Below the pieces are notes generated by a model. The model had not been told where the DNA came from, did not search any database, and saw only the letters and a program-made list of their open reading frames with translations. From NCBI GenBank assembly GCA_036172245.1, contig JAYWIR010000004.1:4340001-4404000 (forward strand): 64,000 bases of DNA, given 5' to 3'. A program made the translations under genes and the position numbers. Origin of the DNA: Raillietiella orientalis. Lineage: Eukaryota. Positions 12,901-25,640 of the stretch are shown piece by piece; within the stretch, counting starts at the first letter, position 1; each line of letters starts with the position of its first letter.

Positions 12901-15900
12901 GTTCCCCATCACCTCACAACCCTTGCAGGTAGGAACTCGACGACTTCGAGTCGAGCCTCTCCTGGTTTGCATTATGGATTGCATTGCCTTAGTGCAAACT
13001 GTTGCCCTCGATTTCCCTCTACTAAACATCCCCATGAAGTTACGACTGGATATCGCAGCTTCCACTTTGCGAAAGCCAGTAGTGCATAAGAGATGCCTGT
13101 TCGGTGTTTTCAGTGGTTTGTGTTCAAAGGGGTGTTCAAAGAAACACTTTGTATCATCTGTGTGTATGCATGAGTGAGAACCTTGGCAACAAGATTCTGA
13201 TTTTGTTCAGTCATTCGAAGTTATGTGTAACCTTTGGTGTATTAATCGAGTATGATGTCCCGATTTACCCCGAGAAGAAAATGCACCATCGTGGTTGAGG
13301 ATCGCTCATTTCCATGTGAATCGGCATAAAACCTAATTTTTTCGACGTAGTGAGTAAATTTTAAGCACTCTTTTTTTTTTTTTTTTTGGTCTTTGAATTT
13401 TCGGGCGGTGTGCATTCTTCACTCCTCTTGGTTCACAAACGACTAAGGAATTTTTAGTTCGTGAAGAGTGTTTTTACCCGAGTGCGAATCCGTAGCTGCT
13501 AAATCACTAAAATGGAGGTCTTGAAATCGTAAATAACAATTCGAGAGTAAATGTTGCTTTGCATTTTACTTCTTCGGCCGCCCTGGATCGTAGAGAAAGG
13601 ATGGTGATTTCCTTCCAGCTGACTAAAGCGCCCGCAAGTTTGCAGGTTTGGTTTCTCGGTTTCTCTTGACACATCGTGCGTTGATTCATGGATCTCCATC
13701 TGAAGTGCTCGTGGTATAGGTGTTTCTCTTGTACATCGTTCACCCTTTGTTGGTCGTTTTATTTCACGATGTTGAGGGATCTTCAACTGTTTTGTTCGAA
13801 AAAATGAAAGTTCCAAAAAATGGAAAGCATTCAGTTCCTTTTTACTGACCACCCAACTCATCCGTCTCGGTAGTGAGCATTTCGTTGGCTACGTTTACAA
13901 AGCTCTACGAAGGAACAAATTTTCGGAAAGAAGCTGAGGAAGGTACTTTGTTTCCGTGTTCGTCTTGAGATAACTGTTCCTCCCAGCTGTTATCAGGTGT
14001 ATCCTTCTAACGCAGGAGTTGTCCCTCTCTCCTACGATGGAGTAGCACGACTCTAGTAGTAGTCGCTCCAGACAAAATTCTGAACAGCTATTGTTTTTTG
14101 CAGCTCTCTCGAAAGAAGATAAATCGGAGCATCCCAAAACAACCTGCAATGGTTTTTCCGATGAGTTTCTTGACAGACTGGAATCCAGTAGCAAAAAGAA
14201 TGGAATTCAGACTCATCGACCAGGTAAACGCTTTTTTTGCAATTCCACGGAGCGGCGATGTTGCCTTTTGTCGTCGACCCGATATGCTTTGTGGGAGCTC
14301 CGTGTTGCAGATCAGAATACACTATCGCAGGGGTGTTTGTTGCATCTCTCTTCGGTTCTCGGATTTTATATATTTGCTTCATGAAGGCGCTGTCGTTTCC
14401 TTTGTGAGTGTGTGTGTGTGTGTGTGTATTTTTGCACCTTCGGGATTTGCCCAGGTACGTTGATCGGTGTCGATACGTCGAACTTGCGTGACTCTGAGTG
14501 GTGTCGGTGTTTCGCGCAAAGCAAGCACGACCCGAGTATTCCAGGCTGAACTGGTCTCGTGAGCGGGCAGATGCGTGGAATGCTTAAGCGGTCTAGCATG
14601 AACCATCATGCCGGGTGATGGTAATAAGACAGGTTTTACCTGAAAGAAGTGAAGGCATCTCTGGCATCCCCGATTGATAACTCAGTCTTCAGTAAGTCCG
14701 CAACATTTTCATCTGGCAGCTTGATGATTCATATGACGTTCAGCCGCCCTCATTATCTGCATTCGATTTTCAGCTGTTCAGTTTCTTGATTATCGGCATC
14801 TTCTTTACTGCTTTCGCTGCTGCGTTCGGTAACAGCACAGGCGTCGGATATGGAATGCAGTGCTAACGGATGTAAATCAGTTCCTCCCAGAACATGAAAC
14901 GTTGAGGTACCTACATTATAGGTTGGCTGTAACGAAGGGTGTAATCCTGGCTACACTAAGATAATCTCTTTATGTTTGCTCTCTTATGTTTGATGACAGA
15001 GTATGTCTGCATCCGGTTTCCGTGAACATTCGATAGCGCCGAACAGGAGAGGCACGTTAATTAGGGAACTCTTAGTTAATTAGTTAATACTTAAGTCACT
15101 TTAGACGTCTGTGTCAAGAGATTCGAATCCATTGTGCTCAGAGTCAGTCCCGAAGCAGTGACACAACAAGGGGGTGGCACTACATTGTAATGTCCCGTCG
15201 TATCTTTGGTGTCTGATTGAATTTTGGGGACGATAGGAAATGGTGAGCTACTCCAAAAAGCAAAAAGAAAAGAAGAAAAAACTCCAGCAGCAGCATCCCA
15301 AACGAGTGTTTATCCATCGGTTGTTTTCATTCGAAATAGGAAACGAATTTTAGAACAGCTCCGAGTGCTTCACCAATTCTCCAGGGCATGCATCCGCAAC
15401 GTTTTGTATTGTGATCATACCGTCTTCGAATCCCAAGAGGGACGGTGCTGCCCAGTGCAATTCAAAGAGTCAAAAGTGGATAACAGCGAAGAAAAAACGC
15501 CAGGGGAAATTTCTATTACTTTGTTCCACGGGAAGGCGAAAAATTCCGGGCCGCACCACGCACTCCCGTGTGTGCTTTTCAAGTACGTGTTCCAGTGCCG
15601 TGTTTGCATGATGGCCGAAACACACATCACGTCTGTGTTTTATCTACGGTTCCATGAGTTCCTCGAACCGGCGTTGTGTGTTCTTGGCCGTAGGGAAAGC
15701 CCATCGGAACACTTGAGAAAAGCACGCGCTGCTGCTTTTCCACGCGGCATTTTTGTACGTTTTAATTTACTTTGCTTTAGGGAAGTTCTTGGTTTGTGCA
15801 CGCATTCGTTCCTGTGGTCATTTATTCATTCGTGCGTTTGTATTACTAATCCGATTCTGATTGGATACCTTAAATTTCCGAACCCGCTGCGGCGAAGGAA

Positions 15901-18900
15901 TTTTTTAATGAGTCATTCAAGGAAGGAAAAAAGGAAAAAGAAAAAAGCGTGAGTTACATGGAGCTGTGGTCTTTGTTTTCTATAAAGACCAGTCATTAGA
16001 AAACCCGCCGCGAACTCTTTTTTTTTTTTGTGTTATTTTTCAAGGTTTGCGATCGGCCGATTTTCGCGAGCGTTTGAAAATTTTGGGGGGGGGGGGGGGG
16101 AGGCTACCCCAGCGGAATGGGATCGCGGGCGCGGACGGGATGTGCCAAGAGCGAGAAGAGTTGAGTCGAGACTGCAAGAGACTCTCGGAAAGATGCGGGG
16201 AGGAGGCGTGCGGAGGATCTTCGCGCCGGTGGCGGCATCATCAGCCGGGAAAGCAAACATGGGAACAAAAGACAGCAGCTCATAACTTGAGCAAAGGTTG
16301 GGCCGGAGACCTCCATGACCGAGAAGGCAGAAACGTGTGCGTACCCGAGACACACATCCCGAGTAAACAAGGTTTCATTTTATGCTCCCTAGCGCTGCAC
16401 ACGTTGCGCCCGTGTACACTCCCTCCGTCCGCTCTTCCTCTCGCCGCACTCCCCACGTGAAAACCTTCTCTGGAAACGCTCGCGCGCACACATCACATCA
16501 CACGCAGAGAGGGAGAGTGAAACGGAGGACATCCCCGCAAGGAGCGACTCCTTGGACATCTTCGGTGTCTCTTCGACCCTCTTTAGTGTGCGACACTTTT
16601 GCCTTTTGCGACCGGCTGTGTTTTCAGCGGCTCACCCGCGATCCCTCTCCTCGGCGGTTCCGTCGTTCTCTTGGCGGTCCCCTGTTTTCGGCGCCTTCCT
16701 CGCTTATTTATTTTGATTCCGTTTCCTTCCTGCGAGCAGTGCAACGGAAGGGAAAAGCTCTCTCCCTACCGAAGCTCTTCGATGGTTTCGCGGCCGGCTG
16801 CTTCCAGTGAACTTCAAAGTCGCCCAAGTCCGTCCTGAAACCATCCGTCGTTACGCGCGTTCGCCATTTGCAAGTCAAAAGTGTGACTGACAGTCCGCCT
16901 GTCGCGATGTGTATCCGACTTCTATACATGCGCATGAATCGATATCGTACTTAGGAAGACACCCAATCAATGATGTTCTCGGTGCGTCGGCTCGCTGCTG
17001 TACGACGTACAGGCGTGAAATTCGCCGTCGCCTGGAAGAGTACGCCCCAAAAAGCGTGGATGACGGTTTCCCTTTGTCCATGCTGCGTGCGCCGCGAAGT
17101 TTTCCAGGAAGTTCCTTCCTTCCTACGCGGTGGATCACCTCATGTCACGCGCCCTCTGCGCAGCTCGCGGAAGCATATGCGTGCGCGCGTGTTTCTGAAC
17201 ATTGCACCCAGCGTAGGTTCGTGGAACCTACCGCTCCTCCCAAGGCACGTGCACCTGTCTCGCGCTGCCACACTTTCGTTCCTTCAGCTTTTTCGATGCT
17301 TCGGGTTCTTCTTGGAGCCTTCCTCCCATGCCTGCTTGGGTCACACCGTCTGCTCTTCTGCTGGTGCTGTTGGCATCGCCCTTCCTGGCTGCTTTGTTTT
17401 GCACGTAACACCTCGGGATGTCGAATTCGTGCGCTTTCCTTTATATTCGGGAAGAGTGTGCGGTTCAAAAGTGTTCACCCCCAAACATCTTCCGAGTGCG
17501 TCCTCTACTCGCTGATGATCGATACGGCATCCCGTGCATCCTTGGCTTGGTTTCTCAAGTAGAGCGCTTTCTTCGTTAATGCAGGACCCTGCGAAGATAC
17601 ACACTGCCTCTTAGAAATGAATGCAAATGAATGAATCTTTTCAAAAGCAAGCCTTCCTTCCATCGTTTGAGGTACCTTCATCATCCGTGAGGAACTCGCA
17701 TCTCTTTCGTCGCGCTTGCGTGCGAGTCCTGTGCTGGGTTTGTTTAACGGCGCACATGAGGCTCCTACCGTACAGGATGTCTTCATTTTTAGATGAATCT
17801 ATGCCGCCTGTGAAGTCGTGCCCGGTTGGTGGTGCATTCCTAAGTTTACTCAGATCTCCATCACACGCAGGTCAAACTTCCTCATTAGACTCATTTTTTA
17901 AAATTCGAGCTGACAGCGAAACGTGATGGCGCATTCGTAAAATTGACCATGGGATAACGCGGAAAGTCGAGCAGCCTAGCGAATGTTCTGCGCGTACGAA
18001 GTAAATACAGTTCGTCCACCGGTGGCGCGACCCCTGGATTTCGACCTTGCGGTCTTCGGTTCCTCGGATCCAAAAGATCTCAACGCTGCTGGCTTCAATG
18101 AAGCGATTGAAATAAACGTTCTGGTGGTATTACTCGAGAAGATTTCGCTTGGTTCTTATTCAACCTTTGACACCGGTCCACTTCGTAATCAGAGTTCATG
18201 CACGCAGGTGTTCTTGACAAGGGATGCTGACGAATAAAACCGCGTAAGAGGAGACTTTTTTTTCTTTAGGGATCTTCCCTTTTCCCCTTCCCCGCTCTCC
18301 TCTCTTCGGTAGAACCAGTTATCTTTTCGTTTTGCTGGATGATAACATTTGACTTGGCATGCTGGCATTATTTGCATGCAGACTGCTTCCCTCTTTTCCC
18401 AGACATGATCAGAGGATCGGCGTTTCGAGTCTTCATTGCTGTTGACTCCATTGAGCTTCCCTCTCGCGGAGAATTCGTTTCCCCTATGCTGAATTTTTGC
18501 TCAACAAGTTTCCATCTTCGCCGAGAACTCTGGCAGACGTCTCCTTTCCCCATCCTTCCCCACACTTTTTTTCTTTTTTGCTTTAGGATTTTTGCACTTT
18601 CTCGACAACAGTATCTTGCCTGGGTGAGTGTCGGATGGAACTCAATGGGAACTCTTCGTGCAGTGATGGCAGTGGTCCCAGTCAGCTTGGTTTCTTTGCC
18701 TCACCATTCAAGAATACGGGGGATATACAGCATGTTTCCAATCAGTTGGTCATCTTGATCTTTCTTTCCTTCGCGGAAACTTGCGAGCTAAAGTCGCCTC
18801 GGGGACGTCGCAGGGTGCGTTTCGCGTGGCAGGATGCAGTAGACGGTTTCAAGCCGAAGCTGCGGAGGAGTCTCGGATCTTCAGTGATTGCGAATAGCAA

Positions 18901-21900
18901 AAGCACTTGCAGCAAACGGGGATAAAGAACGATCTTTGCGGATTCCGCATTGTGTTGTATGTGTGCACTTTCAAGTAGTCGATCTTATCTTAGCAAGCGA
19001 CCGGAGCAGTCAGAAAAGATGTGTCCCTTAATATTCCTTTCCCTTTTTTTTTTTGGTGGAGGCAGATGATTGTGCTTCTGAAACGTTAGTGAATCTGACT
19101 GTCACTCTTAAGCGTGCATGAGGAATAGATAGGCCATGCGGGCGCTTCGTCTTCTACACAACTGAAGCAGGCATCGCTTGGGCGTAGCTGATCTCCATCT
19201 TTAGTTACGTTCATACGTTCCAGTCATAGTTTAGGATTTGCTAGTGATGATTGCAGAGCGATGCTGGGCTAAAACGTTGAAAGTCTCGCCAGCGTGGTCG
19301 CCGTTGGGTTCCATTGCCGTTTTCCACTCCACTTGGGGTAAGGAGGCACGACTTCCGATTCAGCACGCGAGGATTCAGGATCTCGATGACCGTGTCGACA
19401 AGCCGGACTTGCTGGGCGCGAGATTTCTCATTTGCGACCGAACAGGAGAGTCTTTTATCCAGCAAGATTTTCGTGAATGTGACAGCTTCCTCTTTCCATC
19501 CACGTGTTTCTCTTTTCCCGCGTGTGTGCAACCTCGGCAGCGTTCGTTTTTCTGGGTTTCAGAATGACTTTTCTTTGTTCCATATTGACAGAAGGCTTCC
19601 GATAGCAGACGCGACGGCAATTATTTTTTTTTTATAAATAGCAGACATTTGAATGATCTCTGAAGCGCAGTGTTTTAGCCTCAGATAAAATGGACTCCGA
19701 ACATAGGAAATCCTCACGAACTTTCTTCGCTTCCCGCATGGCTCCCGAAATGTGCTCGTTGCATCTGAAACACATTTCTGAGTTGAAGGTGTGTCTGGAT
19801 TTGTCTTGAGTGGGACTTTCTTGCTCGCTGCTCCTCTGTCCTTTCTCGAGATTTTTGTAGACTGCACTCATCATCTGACCAGCGTGTGGACCACGTTGCA
19901 CAGCTCCGTTGTGAAGTCCAAGAAAGTGGAAACCTCACTTCCCCGCATATCCCATTCTTCTATTTAAAATACACGGGACTGGCAGAAGTTCTTGGATGCA
20001 TTCTCTACATTGTTTTCATTAGGGAGACGTGTTCTTTAGCTTTTATGGTAATGAAAGAGTTTCGTGGGATTTTTTCTTTTCTTTTTTTTGATTTTGTCTT
20101 GACCTGAAAATGGCGCTGAACCATTTCAAGCCAGTGGTGAGTCGAGGAAATCTCCAGACTTGAAATCTTCCGGAAGTTCCCTTTACTTACCATGGCTTGT
20201 TTGTGAGTTCATGCTTGCGGTTTCCTGCAGCTTGGTGGTCCGATGTCCTGATGGTTCCTTGCGCTGTAAGACCTTCCGAGATAGCTATTTCGAGAATGAC
20301 TGTTTCTTTCTAGTCTCGAAGTCTCTAGCCGTTCTTTGTGATCTCAGAATCTATGTGATTTGTGTTTCAGGATGGGAAAATTTCGACCGTGCCTTCCGCG
20401 CGATTCCAAGAGAACTGTCTATATTCAGCGATTCCAGAGCATTAGAGCAACAGATCCAAGATGACGACAAAAAAGTGATACTGCGATCTAGGAAGCCTCC
20501 TCGACCAAAGTCGGAAATGTTCTTCACCAAAGAACAGCGTGAATCTTACAGATATTCGGCGTTTGGAGTAAGAGCCACTTGTGTTTCTCTGACTTGCCGC
20601 TTCCGTTGCTTAGCGCGGCGTCCGTCGGAATTTAAATTTTTGTGTAGACGGGGGAAGGGAGTATGTCAAGTGATTGCAAGCAGCGCGATTTTATTCCCAC
20701 CCCTTCCTGTTATCAAAAGCAGAAATGGTGGGAGAAGGGAGAAGCAGAAATGGTAACTTAGTCCCACCTCAGTGCTGTCTCGCACTTCACCTCGGTTGCA
20801 CCCTTTAGTGGGCCGGTCGGCCTGGATGTTGTCATCGTGAACGGAAGGCACAAGTGGCAGTCTCTTGCCGAGATCTCGCTGGCTGAAATCTTTCTGCGAT
20901 TATTCCTCCCGATGCGCGGGGGTGAATCCCCCTGTCGGCCGATTCAAAGGGTCCGTCGGATCTTCTTTCGATTCAATGTTGACTCCTGAGTTGCCGGATG
21001 CCCGCCGGCTCGTAGGTTCGATGGCGTCACTGAAGCATTTGACAGCGCGGGTCTTCCCAGCATTTAATGTCATGCCGAACGGGACCTTTTGCACCTTTGG
21101 CAAATCTCGTCGCTCACCCAAACGAAATGTGATCTGGATGCACTGGGGTGCCTCTTGCATGCGACTCGGTATTGTTCCGTTTCGAAGGAATACTACCGAT
21201 TCAAGCCATTGGCTGAAGAAAGAAAGAATCGTGATGTTCCCGTTTTCCCTTTTTTTCCGCGAAACTGGACGTCATATCGTTGCTTTACTAGCAAACATGT
21301 GCCTAGTTCCGGCAATTATCGGCCAGTGATGCTCACCTCTAGGAGTCTTCGCGAAGAAAAGAGTTTCGCATTTTCTGCTTCGGTCGTTTCGGCGGTACGG
21401 AAGCTTCGGACATCCTCGTCAGGGCAATGGTTCCCCGCTGGTACAAGTACCTCGCAGAATGCCTCTTTTTCGAGAAGCGCTCTCTCGAAAAACCGGGCGT
21501 TCTCCAGCGACATCGAAGATCGGTCGCTTCTGAAGGCGAGCGCCCTTGGTAGTCGCGAACGCGCGCCAGGGAAATCGCGATGTCTCAGTGGCCTGGCGGA
21601 TCCCTCCCTTCCTCCTGCCTCTTTCGCGGAAACAGCCTCCGTTTTCTCGATCGGAGGGAGCGAGGTTGGCTTGCCTTCGTAGCGGCCTTCCCAGCGGTGC
21701 AGTGAAAGTGTTCCGCTTGGGCATGAAACCACGCACTTCGTGGTTCCTCGCGTAAGAGTTCCTCGTTATCTCTTGACTCCAAGAAAAAAGAAAGAAGAAA
21801 AGAAAAAAAGAGAATCGTGTACGTTTTCTGGGTTACCACTCAAGTGGAGCAATCGTGAGGAGCCGAGCCTCACCCGGCGAGACCAAACTTGACGCATCTT

Positions 21901-24900
21901 CTTCCGCGAGGGGCGCGGGTGAGCAGCGTGCGATCGGGCCGTCCGACTCCCCATCCCCCGCGACTGAGGGAGCATGCGCGCGCGCACCATGGAAACCACC
22001 AGCCGAGTAGTTCGGCCTCATGATTCCAGCACAGTGTGCGTTTCTTTTCCAGGGGAGTTCTCCTTTCGGGAAGCTCGAAGCGTACGTGAAGCTGGAGCAG
22101 CTGGGCGAAGGCTCTTACGCCACGGTGTACAAAGGCTACAGCAAGTACGAGTGCTGCCTCTGCATGTCACCGAAGACCTCTCCCGTTGCCTTTCTAGCTT
22201 GACCAACAGCATAGTGGCTCTGAAAGAGATCCGGCTTCAAGAGGAGGAAGGAGCGCCCTTCACGGCTATAAGAGAAGCTTCTCTCCTCAAGGACTTGAAG
22301 CACACCAACATCGTTACCCTTCACGACATCATACACACCAAAACGGCGCTCATCTTCGTCTTCGAATACGTGGTCAGTAACTGAGGTATCTGTTAAGCAA
22401 AGCATCCTCCATCCGAACAAGAGAGTGCGGGTGTGTGCAAAATTCGTAAAAAAAAAAAAAAAGAAAGAAAGAAAGAAAGAAAAGGAAAGAAGGAGAAAAA
22501 AAAATCACTGCTTGTTCCACTGTCCTTTCGGATTCCTCCCCCTCCCTCTCTCTCACACACACACGCACAAGTCCAAGCCCTCCTCCTCCCTCCCTGTTAT
22601 GTGATGGAAGGATTCCTGCTGGCGACTCTTGCGGCCGCGGCGGCTTGTTAAGCAATGAGCGATTCCGTTCCAGCACACCGACTTGTCCCAATACTTGGAA
22701 CAGCATCCCGGAGGCCTGAGGCCCTACAACGTGAAGATACTTCTGTACCAGTTGCTCCGCGGGCTGTCGTACTGCCACAAGAGGCGCATCCTGCACCGCG
22801 ACGTGAAGCCGCAGAACCTGCTGATTTCGGAGATCGGAGAGCTCAAGCTGGCCGATTTCGGTGAGTCGGTAAGGGGGGAGGGCGGCAACCCGCGCTCTCG
22901 CGGAGCGTCGAGGAGGCGGCTGCTGCAGGTGCCACTCGGAAGTTTTTTTCGCACGAAAGGAAAGTGTACGCGGCTGGCGTCCTTTCGTCGAAGGGTGGCC
23001 TTGATGGGAAACCTATTGAAAGAGCGAGCGGCCCAGTTTCTTTCTTTTGTTTTTGTTTTTCCTTTCGTCTTCCTCCCCCCTCTCTCTCTCTTTCTCTCCT
23101 GATGAGGAACGTCTTCGCCGTGCTTCCTCATCCTCCCTCTCTCCGCGGCTTCTATGTGACCCGAGGGTTCGACTCCTGGTGCCCGCCTCTGCCCTGTCGC
23201 ACCTCGCCACCTCCGGCTGGGGGGACGAGGGAACATTCCGTCAGAGTTTTCTAGGGTTCCTGCACTTGCTGCTTCGGATGACTGCACTCCGGCCGGTCGG
23301 CGTTGCCCCTGTGCGGTCCGTTGGGCATGAGCGCGAGCCGTGAGCCTTTCCCAAAGAGGCCACGCTGGCTGGGCGCGCACACGCAGGGTTCTCAGCTCGA
23401 ATGGAGGAAACCCGCGGCATAGGCGGGCGAGCGGGTCGAGAAACGCTCGAGGAGAAAAACCCCAGCATAACTCAGCGAGGAAGGCCTTGCAGTGTCAGCG
23501 TTTCTTTCATTGGGTTTCTCCTTCGCGGAACGTGGAATGGGCTGGGTCGCCATCTGCCCAGCCAGCCCGCGTCTGCCCCTTCATCTTTGCGTCGCCTCCA
23601 GCCAATGGCGCCCAGCATTCTCTCTCTCTCTCTCCCTCTTCATTTTTTTCCTCTCCCCGCCTCCTGTGTGTTTCCCGGAGTCAGCAGCACCCAAAAGAGA
23701 ACCCTCCTCCTCTCTTGTCTGCTGTGGCAAAGGTCAGCGCCGTGCCCTCTCCCTGGTGCTTGCCCGCTCGGAACTTCGGGAAGGCCGGCCAACCGGATCG
23801 TTAGAACGCGCAAATCCGCCAGAAAGCGTTTCAAAAATAAAGAAGGGAGGCTGGCAAAGTGGATCCACCGCCAGCGGCCAGGTGGCGATGGCTGCTCGCG
23901 GAGGTAGCGGTTTCATCTTCCTGGAGTCGCCTTGCAACCCCTCCCCCTCGGGAATCCACACATCTGCTTGTTGCCCCTTTTACGCTCGAGAGAGCAGACT
24001 CTGCAGCTCATGGAGACCCACCCACTTCTCTCCCTGCTTGCAGGGAACGGCGGGAGAGGATCGAGGTCGTCAGCTCCTCTGCAACGCTCTTTCCAAGCGT
24101 CCCGTGTTTTTTTGCAGCCGGCACCCGCTTCCGGAGTCGGCGGCCTTTTTTCTCGCCCTTTCCCATGGGAAGGAGCAGGTCCAAAAAGAGCGAGGGAGAG
24201 GGACGGGAGCCCCGCGCGACGAGGGAGCGGCGCGCGTTTCGCGGAGACGGAATGGCCCTCTGCCGGGCTTGCCCGCCGTGGGAGTACCCCGAGGGGTTAG
24301 CGGGCGTCCCTCCCGCCCCCTGGAGGGCCGAACTATAAGGAGATCCGTCTCACATATCTACCGGAGTTTGCGACGGCGGATCCATCGCCTTCGAGGACAT
24401 CTCCGTGGTCACGCATGAGTGGACGCTCTGTGCTTGCTCTGCCCACACTCATGGCCGCGGACCGCCCGTCCGAATTTTACAGTGGATCTCGGATTTTACA
24501 GTGGTCCCGGTTCCAGACTCAAGACTCGTCCCAGAGTCTGGAACCGCCTCCCCATCCGCTTTCGAACGTTCTCAATCTCCCTTTTCGTCTTCGCTTCGCC
24601 ACTTCCTGTCTGTCTTTTCCCGTTTCCTCTTTCCTGGACCGGAGGAAGGAGCATATCCTCCCCCTTCCTCTTCGGGATCTTGGTCGACGTCGTCTTCGAC
24701 CAGTGATGTCTTCGGGTGGATGTGCTCGAGAGTGGATAAAGGATGACCCTGCGCCGAGCGACCCCCACTTCCCACGTTTTGTGAGATTCCTCTGAACATC
24801 TACGGGTCCTTTTTCTCTCTCTCCCACTCACCTACTCTCCTCCAGAAGGGTCATTTTCTGATTTGTTCCCGTTCAGGCTTGGCGAGAGCGAAGTCCGTCC

Positions 24901-25640
24901 CCAGTCACACATACAGTCACGAGGTCGTGACCCTTTGGTACCGACCTCCGGACGTGCTGCTCGGGAGCACGGACTACACCACCTCCCTCGACTTGTGGGG
25001 CGTCGGCTGCATCTTTATCGAGATGATCATGGGGTTCCCCGCCTTCCCGGGGGTCCGAGACGTCTGTGATCAGCTGGACAAGATCTTCAAGGTTCGCCGG
25101 GCCCCCGGGAATGAGTGGACGCTGCCCTTTTTTTCCTTCTCCAGGTGCTAGGTACCCCGACCGAGGACACGTGGCCGGGGGTAAGCTGCCTGCCTCTCTG
25201 CCGCAAGAAGGCTTTCGTTTACTACCGTCCCAGAAACCTGGCTTCCGTCTTCGCGAAGCTGCAAGACATTCCGCACTCTGACAAGCTGTCGACTGGTCTT
25301 TTACAGGTGCGCCTCTTTTTTCAACCCCGACGTCGGCGTCAGGTCTCCTCCGTTTTCCCCTCCTCCCCCCTTCCCTCCGAAATCTGTTGCAGCTGTCGCC
25401 TCAGAACAGGATTTCTGCCGACCAAGCCCTGCAGCACCCGTACTTCGGGGAGCTTCCTTCGAAGATACATGACCTTCCTGATAGTAAGCGTGCGCAGCCC
25501 TCGGGCACCCATCCCTAGTGAGGGGCATCCTCATTGCAGATTCCTCCGTCTTTGTGATCCCGGCCATCCGCCTTCAACCTGAAGATCGGAACCGACAATC
25601 TGTGATACGTGGCGTCAGTAACGGACTTCGTATTCTTTAA
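3828..25640 (+). CDS. CDK14: Cyclin-dependent kinase 14 (PFTAIRE kinase, Eip63E-like), spliced gene model, 5'-incomplete. Exons: 3828-3917, 14104-14223, 20371-20567, 22053-22144, 22198-22372, 22674-22860, 24877-25091, 25145-25306, 25393-25483, 25540-25640
   Basis: All introns are GT-AG and phases join into one open frame (1430 nt) ending in TAA at 25638-25640. It contains [17 protein letters not shown], the PFTAIRE helix, [22 protein letters not shown] and DLWGVGCI. N-terminal motifs ([34 protein letters not shown]) match arthropod Eip63E as I recall it. Confidence 0.95.
5330..5359. repeat. 15-bp tandem duplication of a self-complementary unit (CCTATTTTAATAGGG x2)
   Basis: Read directly from the sequence. 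Confidence 0.9.
14104..14223 (+). CDS. CDK14: CDK14 exon [39 protein letters not shown]
   Basis: ttttttgcag acceptor and gtaaac donor, phase 1/1. [12 protein letters not shown] resembles Eip63E NGYSEEFLDRLE. Confidence 0.85.
20371..20567 (+). CDS. CDK14: CDK14 exon WENFDRAF...RELSIFSDS...[11 protein letters not shown]...RYSAFG
   Basis: gtttcag acceptor and gtaaga donor, phase 1/0. Carries the conserved pre-kinase motifs KPPRPKSE and SAFG. Confidence 0.9.
22053..22144 (+). CDS. CDK14: CDK14 kinase exon, glycine-rich loop ([30 protein letters not shown])
   Basis: Kinase subdomain I. ttttccag acceptor and gtacga donor, phase 0/2. Confidence 0.96.
22198..22372 (+). CDS. CDK14: CDK14 kinase exon with VALKEI and [12 protein letters not shown]
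   Basis: Diagnostic PFTAIRE motif. Follows a 53-nt intron, phase 2/0. Confidence 0.97.
22674..22860 (+). CDS. CDK14: CDK14 kinase exon HTDLSQY...[10 protein letters not shown]...LADF(G)
   Basis: Catalytic loop and DFG. gttccag acceptor and gtgagt donor, phase 0/1. Confidence 0.97.
24877..25091 (+). CDS. CDK14: CDK14 kinase exon [26 protein letters not shown]...DQLDKIFK
   Basis: Activation segment typical of PFTAIRE kinases, phase 1/0. Confidence 0.97.
25145..25306 (+). CDS. CDK14: CDK14 exon [13 protein letters not shown]...STGLLQ
   Basis: CDK LGTP..WPGV motif. Follows a 53-nt intron, phase 0/0. Confidence 0.95.
25393..25483 (+). CDS. CDK14: CDK14 exon [30 protein letters not shown]
   Basis: Kinase subdomain XI (RISA..AL.HPYF). 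gttgcag acceptor and gtaagc donor, phase 0/1. Confidence 0.93.
25540..25640 (+). CDS. CDK14: CDK14 terminal exon (N)[32 protein letters not shown]
   Basis: cattgcag acceptor after a 56-nt intron. [10 protein letters not shown] resembles the PFTAIRE/PCTAIRE tail SIF.v.gv.L. Ends in TAA. Confidence 0.88.

Noticed and set aside
23155..23185. B-box-like GGTTCGACTCC in the CDK14 intron
   Set aside because: No A-box or cloverleaf upstream.
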